Part shown: positions 1-7,631 of the stretch, in pieces
How positions within the stretch are numbered: the stretch's first letter is position 1
Layout of the letters: every line of letters starts with the position of its first letter
Origin: Candidatus Woesearchaeota archaeon
Lineage (GTDB): Archaea > Nanobdellota > Nanobdellia > SCGC-AAA011-G17 > GW2011-AR18
Assembly (NCBI GenBank): GCA_018302765.1
Contig: JAGVZG010000002.1
Location: forward strand, 32,001-96,000
Direction: 5' to 3'
Length of the DNA stretch: 64,000 nt
Position numbers and translations under genes: made by a program
The notes under the pieces: generated by a model
What the model was told of the DNA's origin: nothing
Database searches by the model: none
The model's input: the letters and a program-made list of their open reading frames with translations, nothing else

Positions 1-42
1 GTGAATGATCTAGCTAAAGCAGTTGGTAAGGGTGTTGCTTAA
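1..42 (+). CDS. rpl13: Probable 3' end of 50S ribosomal protein L13 (truncated by window edge)
   Basis: Frame 1 reads VNDLAKAVGKGVA-stop, abutting the rps9 ATG; L13-S9 is the conserved archaeal order. Only 13 codons visible. Confidence 0.55.
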   Translation: MNDLAKAVGKGVA

Positions 43-441
43 ATGGTAAAAAAAATTATTCAAACAATTGGTAAGAGAAAAAGTGCAATAGCGAAAGCTA
101 CACTATCTGCAGGCAAAGGCGTTGTCCGTATTAATCATCAGCTTCTTGATAGTATAAAACCAGAACTATTAAAACAAAGATTAATGGAACCTTTATTATT
201 ATCAGATGATAATTGGCAGAAAGTAGACATTAATGTCATTGTTAATGGTGGCGGAGTTCAGGGACAAACTGAAGCTGCAAGACTTGCAATTGCTAGGGCT
301 TTAGTTGAGTTTAATAAAAAACTAAAAAAACCTTTCTTGGATTATGACAGACATTTACTTATAGCTGATGTTCGCTTTAAAGAAACTCGTAAACCAAATG
401 ATTCTAAAGCTAGAAGTGCAAGACAAAAAAGTTACCGTTAA
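43..441 (+). CDS. rps9: 30S ribosomal protein S9
   Basis: GKRKSAIA, GGGVQGQTEAARLAIARAL, YDRHLLIADVR and ARSARQKSYR C-terminus. Confidence 0.97.
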   Translation: MVKKIIQTIGKRKSAIAKATLSAGKGVVRINHQLLDSIKPELLKQRLMEPLLLSDDNWQKVDINVIVNGGGVQGQTEAARLAIARALVEFNKKLKKPFLDYDRHLLIADVRFKETRKPNDSKARSARQKSYR

Positions 442-473
442 AAAAAAGAGCTTTAATAATTTTCTTATTTAAT

Positions 474-887
474 TTATTTTTTTCTATAAAATACTTTAAA
501 ATATAATCTTTTATCTTTTGAAAATATTCTAAAATGCGGCTTTCCAATAATCTTCTCTTTATCAACTTTAAATTTTTTTATTGGAGTAAAATCTTTAAAT
601 GACCTGAGAGTAAAATTTTCAAATTCTCCTTCCTCAATTTTTCTTTTTATCACAGCCAATCCTGTAGTAGTTAGCTCATAAGTTCCAGGAATAGGAAAAG
701 AAGCAAATGCAGCAAACCTCATAGCTTCAGCTTTAGCTCCATAGCCAAAACTTTTTCTTTTTGTATTGCCTTTTTCTTTATATAATTTATAATATTCATA
801 AAATACCCAACCTGGCAACAACCATCTAACATTCTTAACTTTTTTTACTTTGTTTAAGGAATTTCTTATCTTAGAGAATTTTTCCAT
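474..887 (-). CDS. Hypothetical basic protein
   Basis: 137-aa ORF with host-like composition; no family recognised. Confidence 0.6.
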   Translation of the reverse strand: MEKFSKIRNSLNKVKKVKNVRWLLPGWVFYEYYKLYKEKGNTKRKSFGYGAKAEAMRFAAFASFPIPGTYELTTTGLAVIKRKIEEGEFENFTLRSFKDFTPIKKFKVDKEKIIGKPHFRIFSKDKRLYFKVFYRKK

Positions 888-921
888 ATTAATTTACAAT
901 GGTTTAAACTTATATAATTAT

Positions 922-1635
922 TTATTCAACATTCCTTAATTTTCCAAAGTCATAAACCTTATCTTTTTCTACAACATAAGCCTGAAAATTTCTTAAATCC
1001 TGCTGCAAAAATGGACTTAATAATTTACCTCTTAAAATATCAGTTCCGACAGTTAAAGTATTGAATGAAGGCAAAACAATCAAATTTTTATCTAAATATT
1101 TTCCTTTTAAAAAACATTTAAATACTTCATATTTACTTTTTTCTCTAAGTCCAATAGCAGGATGCTCATGACCTATAATTATTAATTTGCTTTTTCTGAA
1201 ATCTTCATTGTCAATTATCTCATCACCATGGCATATTAAAATATCATCAATTTTATAGTATTCAGAAAGTTCAATACCTTTCTTCTTAGCTATAAAAGGC
1301 AGTGTAACATCATGATTTCCTTTTATTATAATTAATTTTTTAGAACGTTTCAAAAACAAGTCAATTATTTTTAATATGTTATTCCATTCTGTATTATTTA
1401 TAACACCAAACTCATGCTTTAAATCCCCTGTTACAACAACAGTTTCTGTTTCTTTGTTTTTTAATATATTATCTATTCTTTCATAAGTATCCTTGAACTG
1501 TATTTTAGGAATTAATACTCCTCTTTGATTTAAAGACTCTTCATAACCTAGATGTACGTCTGCAATAATTAAAGTCTTATATTTTTTAATATACAAACAC
1601 AAGTCTACAATTTCTATGTCCTTATAAAAGCCCAT
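922..1635 (-). CDS. Calcineurin-like metallophosphoesterase (COG1407/ICC-like)
   Basis: ADVHLG, TGDLKH, GNHD, HGD, GHEHP motifs. Confidence 0.9.
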   Translation of the reverse strand: MGFYKDIEIVDLCLYIKKYKTLIIADVHLGYEESLNQRGVLIPKIQFKDTYERIDNILKNKETETVVVTGDLKHEFGVINNTEWNNILKIIDLFLKRSKKLIIIKGNHDVTLPFIAKKKGIELSEYYKIDDILICHGDEIIDNEDFRKSKLIIIGHEHPAIGLREKSKYEVFKCFLKGKYLDKNLIVLPSFNTLTVGTDILRGKLLSPFLQQDLRNFQAYVVEKDKVYDFGKLRNVE

Positions 1636-1685
1636 ACGTATATTACAATAACAAGACTTTTAAAAATTCCTATAATAATTTTTCT

Positions 1686-2303
1686 ATGAATGCACTTGAT
1701 GAAATTAAAATTGTATTAGAAAGTTATACTTTAGATAGAGTTAATACTAGAGTTTATTCATTTCCTGTATTAGTTGTCCCTTTTCGTGCAAGATTTGGCT
1801 ATGAACTTACTAAAGTGTATGATGAAGGAAAGAAAGATTATAATATTGTAGTTGGTCTGCAACAAGGAGTATCTATTAGTGAACCTAGAGAAATTCTTGA
1901 ATTGTTATACATTCCAGAGTTTTTAATTCAAGATGAAGAACTAGCAAGAAAATCAGGTAAAATATATAGCAAAGGAAATTTAGTAGCTTTCTCTAGAGAT
2001 GATATGAATACTCTTTTTACTACATGTATTAAAAAACGGAAACCACTAGAATTTGGATATCTTGCAAGTGAAGAAGAAAGAGAATTATGTTCTTCTTTGT
2101 ATGATTTAGATGGAAATGAAAAAATCCAAATGCTAAAAACAAATGCAGAATGGAGAGGAAAGTCTAGAGACTGTAGTAAAGTATTATTGTCTGTATGGAT
2201 AAAAAAATTTTCAAATCAAAAGAATTATCCAAGAGATAAAGATCCACAGCTTTATGATGCAATAACAAACATAGCAGAATTATTCATACAAGAAATGAAT
2301 TAA
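1686..2303 (+). CDS. Hypothetical protein
   Basis: 205-aa ORF, no recognised motif. Confidence 0.6.
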   Translation: MNALDEIKIVLESYTLDRVNTRVYSFPVLVVPFRARFGYELTKVYDEGKKDYNIVVGLQQGVSISEPREILELLYIPEFLIQDEELARKSGKIYSKGNLVAFSRDDMNTLFTTCIKKRKPLEFGYLASEEERELCSSLYDLDGNEKIQMLKTNAEWRGKSRDCSKVLLSVWIKKFSNQKNYPRDKDPQLYDAITNIAELFIQEMN

Positions 2304-2649
2304 TTTTTAGGTAATTTATTAATCCTTCTATATGTCTTAACTTAGTTTTAAATAATAAATTTCTAAGTTTATTATGCAGTTTAACTCCTCTTCTTTGTAA
2401 CTGATGTCTTAATTTATTAAATAATTTTTTACCTTCAGAATCCAAATCTGTTAATATAACAATGTCTTTTCCATTAATACTTTCTATAATTTCAAATATG
2501 GGCTTATTCTTAAGAAATATAACATTAGTTATACCTAATTCATTTAGAGCTTTTTTATCTTTCTTACCTTCAACTATGACTAAGTAATTATTTTGTTTAA
2601 TTTTAGAAATCTCTTCTTTAATATTATCATTATTAGTCTTCAAATTCAT
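2284..2649 (-). CDS. Small stand-alone TOPRIM-domain protein (RNase M5/primase-like)
   Basis: VIVEGKKD and ILTDLDSEG TOPRIM motifs. Confidence 0.88.
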   Translation of the reverse strand: MNLKTNNDNIKEEISKIKQNNYLVIVEGKKDKKALNELGITNVIFLKNKPIFEIIESINGKDIVILTDLDSEGKKLFNKLRHQLQRRGVKLHNKLRNLLFKTKLRHIEGLINYLKINSFLV

Positions 2650-3166
2650 TTTCTAAGGCCTTTGCAATTGCTTCTCCAAATTTTTTTGCTGCACTTGGCC
2701 CTTTAGCGCTAATTACCCTTCCAGAAACCTCAACATCACTTCCAGTGTACACTCCACTATTTTTTTCAACTAATTCTTCTGTATCTTGCCAGCCAGTAGC
2801 ATTTTTTCCTTTGAATATTCCTGCATTAGCTAAAGTACCAGAACCTAAGCATATAGAAGCAATAATCTTGCCTTTCAAGTAAGCTTCTTTTGCAATACTA
2901 TGTGCTGTTTTATTATTCCAGTAGATAGTTGATCCTTGTCCTCCAACAAAAATTATTGCATCATAATTATTAACTTCTATTTTGTCTAAGGTTAATGCTG
3001 AAGTAACTTTTGCTCCAAGCATTCCAGTACATGTATTTGTTGTAGTGCTGGCAACAACAGTTTTTGCTTTATGGTTTTCTAAAATTCTTCTTGGCTCAAA
3101 TAATTCTTCATCTCTAAAATTTTTAGGTGCAATTATGAACAAAACTACTTTTCCAGACAAATCCAT
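2633..3166 (-). CDS. DJ-1/PfpI family protein
   Basis: NFRDEE, IIFVGGQG, ASICLG nucleophile-elbow Cys. Confidence 0.92.
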   Translation of the reverse strand: MDLSGKVVLFIIAPKNFRDEELFEPRRILENHKAKTVVASTTTNTCTGMLGAKVTSALTLDKIEVNNYDAIIFVGGQGSTIYWNNKTAHSIAKEAYLKGKIIASICLGSGTLANAGIFKGKNATGWQDTEELVEKNSGVYTGSDVEVSGRVISAKGPSAAKKFGEAIAKALENEFED

Positions 3167-3318
3167 AAATATCTTTAGATTTAATAATATTTAAAACTAA
3201 CTGAAAACCAATAAATTTATTGATATTCCTTGTTCGATCTAATGCCTTTTTCGCTAATTAAATTTCCAAATATATTAGATCAGAAAACTATAAATAGAAT
3301 AAAAGCTAAGATAATACT

Positions 3319-3840
3319 ATGAAAAGATATAAAATAAAGAATTATATTTATACAATACCTAACTTCATTACTTTGTTCAGATTTCTACTAATACCATTTA
3401 TTTTATATTTTATAGTAAAAGACAGAATGATTATTGTCTTAACTTTATTTGCTATTTCAACATTATCAGACATGTTTGATGGTTTGTTAGCAAGAAAACT
3501 AAATCAATCTAGCTATTATGGTGGGATGTTTGATGCTCTAACAGACACTATTTTAATATTGACAACAATAACGTTTTCTTATCTGACAAACCATATATCT
3601 GCAGTAGTTTTAGTGGCTTTGCTAGCGCCTAAAATAATAACATTCTTATTACTAACTTTCTTACATAAGGCAGAATACAAACCAACAATATTTTCTAGAC
3701 TATCTTCTTTATTTTTTTATTTGTCAATACCTATTTTTTTATTAGACATCCATACTGCAATAGAATACTTATTAATAGCTATAATTTATGTTTTATCTTT
3801 AATACACTGGACAAAATTGTTTATTTTAAGATTTAAGTAA
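3319..3840 (+). CDS. CDP-alcohol phosphatidyltransferase
   Basis: TIPNFIT and DMFDGLLAR...GGMFDALTD signature; hydrophobic helices. Confidence 0.92.
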   Translation: MKRYKIKNYIYTIPNFITLFRFLLIPFILYFIVKDRMIIVLTLFAISTLSDMFDGLLARKLNQSSYYGGMFDALTDTILILTTITFSYLTNHISAVVLVALLAPKIITFLLLTFLHKAEYKPTIFSRLSSLFFYLSIPIFLLDIHTAIEYLLIAIIYVLSLIHWTKLFILRFK

Positions 3841-3847
3841 TTTTATG

Positions 3848-4147
3848 TTAGCAACAAAGAAAATTTGCATCACAATCATTAACTTTACAATAAATAATTT
3901 CTCCTTGTGTCCAATCGACAATAGGGTAACATAATTGTTTTGGAAATTTTATTGTTTTCCCTGAAGAATCATAGGTCCTAACAATATTACAGGAATCATC
4001 ATTACAATCAATCTCTAAAATATATTCATTATATTTACATGTTCCATGGGCTGACATCCTATTAAAGACGTCGTATGTAATAAAAGCTTCTAATCTAAAA
4101 GGATTTAAAATGCAAGAAAATAATACTAAAGCACTTAATTTTTTCAT
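3848..4147 (-). CDS. Hypothetical Cys-rich, possibly secreted protein
   Basis: Hydrophobic N-terminus, several Cys, 99 aa. Confidence 0.45.
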   Translation of the reverse strand: MKKLSALVLFSCILNPFRLEAFITYDVFNRMSAHGTCKYNEYILEIDCNDDSCNIVRTYDSSGKTIKFPKQLCYPIVDWTQGEIIYCKVNDCDANFLCC

Positions 4148-4155
4148 ATTAAAAA

Positions 4156-4518
4156 CTAACCTAAAATTCTAACTTTTTTACCTTTAGGATTGTCTTTCAT
4201 TAACTGCTGTATTAATATTGCTTTGCCTAATTTATTTATTTTTTCCTTAGCTTTTTCAGAAAATCTGTAAGCAGCAACAGTAACTTTCTTATTTAAATCA
4301 CCTTGTGAGAGAATTTTTCCAGGAACAACTATAAATTCTCCTTCTTTAGAATATTTATCTATTTTATATAAATTAACTTCTCTTCTCTGTCTTGTAGGAC
4401 TTTCTAGATACCTAGCAACAGCCTTCCAAACTTTTACTTTTTCTTTAGTTGACAAACTCTTAAGATCTGCTATTAACTTTTTTAATTCCAATGTTGTTGG
4501 ACCTGTTCTCTTTCCCAT
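4156..4518 (-). CDS. rpl18e: 50S ribosomal protein L18e
   Basis: EVNLYKIDK, VVPGKILSQG, VAAYRFS, NPKGKKVRILG; TATA-like cttataaatt upstream on the minus strand. Confidence 0.96.
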   Translation of the reverse strand: MGKRTGPTTLELKKLIADLKSLSTKEKVKVWKAVARYLESPTRQRREVNLYKIDKYSKEGEFIVVPGKILSQGDLNKKVTVAAYRFSEKAKEKINKLGKAILIQQLMKDNPKGKKVRILG

Positions 4519-4567
4519 AGTTTTGGTTTTTTATTTTAATTTATAAGGCTTTCTAATAGTTTTGGCA

Positions 4568-4603
4568 TGTGTAGTCCGGTGACATATGTCACCGGACTAC
4601 ACA
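4568..4603. repeat. Perfect 36-bp palindrome tgtgtagtccggtgacatatgtcaccggactacaca
   Basis: The sequence equals its own reverse complement with no spacer; GC-rich relative to surroundings. Confidence 0.95.
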
Positions 4604-4625
4604 CTTGCTCTTTATTAGTGGCAAG
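4604..4625 (+). repeat. 22-bp direct repeat, copy 1 (cttgctctttattagtggcaag)
   Basis: 21/22 identical to 5775-5796; internal cttgc/gcaag inverted arms. Confidence 0.9.
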
Positions 4626-4638
4626 ACAGAAAGAAAGT

Positions 4639-4664
4639 TTTATATATTACTATTTGTAATAGTA
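4639..4664 (+). promoter_or_regulatory. TATA-like box plus adjacent inverted repeat (candidate autoregulatory operator of HTH-MNT)
   Basis: tttatatat at 4639-4647 followed by TACTATT-tgt-AATAGTA at 4648-4664, ending 18 bp before the ATG. Confidence 0.55.
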
Positions 4665-4682
4665 TTATTGTAAAATGTAATA

Positions 4683-5249
4683 ATGAAAAGCGAAATCAAG
4701 ATCTTAAAACTATTAATTAGTAGAAAAGAAGAAAATTTTACAATTAAGAAAATAGCTGAGAATACAAAAATTAATTACAGAATAGCCTACGAAACAATAA
4801 TCTTACTCGAGAAAGAAGGATTAATCAGTATAAATAAATCAGGGAATTCAAAAATTTGTAAATTTACAAACAAATTTAACAGCAAAGTATTTGATGCAGA
4901 ATACGAAAGAAAGCAGGAATTATTCAAAAATAAAGATTTTTTAGTAATTCACAACAGGCTTGCTGAGCTTAAATTCTCTTTTATCGTAATGTTGTTTGGT
5001 TCACATGTAAAAGGAAAGGCTAACAAACACTCTGATATAGATATTTTGGCTATTGGCGGGAATGAAAAAGAGATAAGAATGACACTTTCTTTGTTTCCAG
5101 AAAAATCACACTTGACATATATCACTTACGAAGAATTTATTCATATGGAACGAAGCAAAGAATTTTCAGTAGTAAGCGAAGCACTTAAAAATAATATAGT
5201 CTTGATTGGGATAGAAGAATACTACAGGTTGTTAAAAAATGCTGAATGA
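4683..5249 (+). CDS. wHTH-fused minimal nucleotidyltransferase (MNT/MntA-like antitoxin)
   Basis: N-terminal HTH (FTIKKIAENTKINYRIAYETI) and FGSHVKGKANKHSDIDIL (GS-x10-DxD). Confidence 0.88.
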   Translation: MKSEIKILKLLISRKEENFTIKKIAENTKINYRIAYETIILLEKEGLISINKSGNSKICKFTNKFNSKVFDAEYERKQELFKNKDFLVIHNRLAELKFSFIVMLFGSHVKGKANKHSDIDILAIGGNEKEIRMTLSLFPEKSHLTYITYEEFIHMERSKEFSVVSEALKNNIVLIGIEEYYRLLKNAE

Positions 5250-5769
5250 AGAAAGAATCAAAGAGGCTGAAGTTAATGTCAGGTCTTATTTAAGGGATGG
5301 GCTGCTCAAAAAGACAGACACTAATAAAGACGTGATGAAAATATTAATGTCAAATGGAAAAGAAAGTTTAAGGGTTGCTGAAGAGATACAGCAAAAAGGC
5401 ATATCTGATTTATGGGTGATAGTATGTTCTTATTATTCAATGTATTATTATGCAAATGCAGTCCTAATGAACTTTGGTTACAAAGTAGGAGATAAAATTG
5501 TTCATAAAGTAACTGCTGATGCAATAATTGTTTATATTAGAAGTAAATTAAAAGAATCTCTAATTGAAGAATATGAAAAAACAAAGGATGAAGCTCTTAA
5601 CCTTGCTGGAATAAAGGCAGATGCTTTGATAGAATCATTGGATTTTGAAAGAAATAAGAGGAGTTTCATACAATATAAGACAATTGATGTTGAAAAACAT
5701 TCAAAAGCCAAGACTTCTTTAGAAAGAGCAAAAGAATTCACAAAAGAAATGGAAAAACTACTTATCTAA
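5239..5769 (+). CDS. HEPN domain protein (toxin partner of MNT)
   Basis: WVIVCSYYSMYY helix and ERNKRSFIQY R-x4-Y/H-like motif; overlaps the MNT stop. Confidence 0.85.
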   Translation: MLNEERIKEAEVNVRSYLRDGLLKKTDTNKDVMKILMSNGKESLRVAEEIQQKGISDLWVIVCSYYSMYYYANAVLMNFGYKVGDKIVHKVTADAIIVYIRSKLKESLIEEYEKTKDEALNLAGIKADALIESLDFERNKRSFIQYKTIDVEKHSKAKTSLERAKEFTKEMEKLLI

Positions 5770-5774
5770 AAAGT

Positions 5775-5796
5775 CTTGCTCTTTATTAGTAGCAAG
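5775..5796 (+). repeat. 22-bp direct repeat, copy 2 (cttgctctttattagtagcaag)
   Basis: Starts 6 bp after the HEPN stop; cttgct/agcaag arms around a 10-bp spacer. Confidence 0.9.
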
Positions 5797-5935
5797 CTGT
5801 TGTCTCAAAAATCCTAAATTGACTCCGTAGTTGCTCCAAAATTGTTAATGATATTTATAACTTATTTTTCTTTAGTAGTTGTATGAAATTAAAAAACATG
5901 CAAATTATGTGAAAGAAGAATTGAATCTTATGAAA

Positions 5936-6217
5936 TTACAATTTGGATAATTGTTTATTATCATTAAAAGCCGCTTCAAGTACTCGATCATCTTCAATTT
6001 CTTTTTTTATTTTGTATAATTGAGCCTCACGAAATTTATTTTCATTTAATACATTCTCAAGTTCGAACTTTGTTTTTATTAACTTACTTAGCTCAGTTAA
6101 GATTTCAGGAGTAAATATTCCTTTCTTATTTAAAATTCTAAGAATATTAGTGTTATAACTTAGCATAACTGCAGAGCCTTCTAGCACAGCTAAAACCTTT
6201 TCATAACTTTTTGCCAT
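5936..6217 (-). CDS. Hypothetical protein
   Basis: 93-aa ORF just downstream of tRNA-Leu. Confidence 0.5.
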   Translation of the reverse strand: MAKSYEKVLAVLEGSAVMLSYNTNILRILNKKGIFTPEILTELSKLIKTKFELENVLNENKFREAQLYKIKKEIEDDRVLEAAFNDNKQLSKL

Positions 6218-6285
6218 AAGAATTCTTATTTAAACTTATTTATAAATTGTGTCCGACAGAGAAACGCTCTTGCTTGAAGGTATAA

Positions 6286-6437
6286 TGCGGGGAACAGGAT
6301 TTTCGTATTTGTTTAAACTTTTTCTAAAAGTTTGTTTTCGAACCTGCGTAGACCTAAGCCACTAGGTCCTTAGCTTAGCTTTCTAATCATTCAATTCTGA
6401 TTAAATCTAGCCCGTTTGGCCACTCCGGCATCCCCGC
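6286..6437 (-). tRNA. tRNA-Leu with two introns (30/31 at 6375-6406; 59/60 at 6300-6336); spliced anticodon reads AAG
   Basis: Acceptor GCGGGGA/TCCCCGC, discriminator A, D stem CCG/CGG, anticodon stem CTAGG/CCTAG after splicing, long variable arm, T stem GCAGG/CCTGT. Both inserts have bulge-helix-bulge geometry (central helices GGCT/AGCT and TTCG/CGAA). CCA not encoded. Confidence 0.9.
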
Positions 6438-6474
6438 TTTATTTATAACAATAAAATTTTATTTATTAATTTAT

Positions 6475-7521
6475 CTAATAAATTTTAGTATAAGGTTTTG
6501 TAATACTTCTATCAGGATATAAAACTTTAAGAGCATTAATTATTTTAGCCTCTATACTTCTTCTATTTTTTATAACAGTTCCATAATTTTTTTCACCTAC
6601 ATCTAAACTCTCGGCAATATAATTTCTTTCAAAACCATAGTCTTCAAATTCATAAATTTGACTGGCTAAACTGTAAGTTATTCTTTTACCAGATACAAGT
6701 TTAGAAATATTTCTAGTACGCCCATTATTATGATGTTTAAAATAGCACGCAACAACATGGTCTTTTATACCCAGGAAATAGGCAATATCTTCAGTACTTA
6801 TAGAAATATTCAATGCTCTTTCTAATGCTTCTTTTTTATACTGTGGCGTAACTTTTCTTTCTCTAGATCCATACATTGGATCTAATCCCACTCCCTTAAG
6901 AATATCACTTACGCTGGATGGATGCAGCTGCCCTTCAGCAAGATCTTCTAAAGAAACCTTAACTTTTTTACCTAAAGCATTATAATAATTTCTAAAAACT
7001 TTTATCAATATATCCCAGGAATGCATTCCCTTTTTAATTCTTCTTTTATTAGTACGATATTCTACAGCTTTTTCATATTCTGGACCAGCCTTATTAGCTT
7101 CTTCAAGTAAATAATATCTTATTGTGTCATATAAAAACTGTTTTTTAGATATTTCTAGTGATTCTTTTTTTAATCTTTCATACCTTTTATTTTTTTCATA
7201 AAGTTTTCTATTCTTTAACCAATTATTATGTTGTCCACTGCCAATTATATAATACAATATTCCCTGTGATGAAATGCCAATCCTATTCTTAATTTCTCTT
7301 AGATTCAAACCTTCATCTATTAACGTATCAATTTCTGGCCTAAATCTATATGGAATTACGTCTTCAGGCAGCTCTATTTCCTCTTCAGTAAAAACCTTAC
7401 TTAGAGTACTTGCTCTTAATCCTGTTAATCTGCATAATTCTTCTACAGATCTTGTTCCTCTACCTAATGCTTCTTTTATAATTTGAGCTGCTTTGTCTCT
7501 TAATTTTGGTCTTCCCAACAT
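6475..7521 (-). CDS. Hypothetical protein with several tandem HTH-like segments
   Basis: About five HTH-like segments (SVEELCRLTGL, NLREIKNRIGI, SLEDLAEG, STEDIAYFLGI, RNYIAESLDV). Confidence 0.65.
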   Translation of the reverse strand: MLGRPKLRDKAAQIIKEALGRGTRSVEELCRLTGLRASTLSKVFTEEEIELPEDVIPYRFRPEIDTLIDEGLNLREIKNRIGISSQGILYYIIGSGQHNNWLKNRKLYEKNKRYERLKKESLEISKKQFLYDTIRYYLLEEANKAGPEYEKAVEYRTNKRRIKKGMHSWDILIKVFRNYYNALGKKVKVSLEDLAEGQLHPSSVSDILKGVGLDPMYGSRERKVTPQYKKEALERALNISISTEDIAYFLGIKDHVVACYFKHHNNGRTRNISKLVSGKRITYSLASQIYEFEDYGFERNYIAESLDVGEKNYGTVIKNRRSIEAKIINALKVLYPDRSITKPYTKIY

Positions 7522-7631
7522 TACTATAACAAAAATAAAACAAATTATAAATCTTGTTATTTGTTACTACTATAAAATAATTTCATTATAAGGCTAGTTA
7601 AATATAAAAATACATAGTTAACTAAAAGATC

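Noticed and set aside
5883-5967. Possible frameshifted CxxC micro-ORF (MKLK/TCKLCERRIE) after the right direct repeat
   Set aside because: Needs a 1-nt change in an A run and is under 30 codons; could be a gene remnant but cannot be supported
6369-6410. Reading the Leu tRNA as TAA or TAG with a canonical or 34/35 intron
   Set aside because: These placements give an A31-C39 mismatch, the TAA reading also puts T at 37, and no BHB helix fits the 34/35 option; the 30/31 intron fits both stem and BHB
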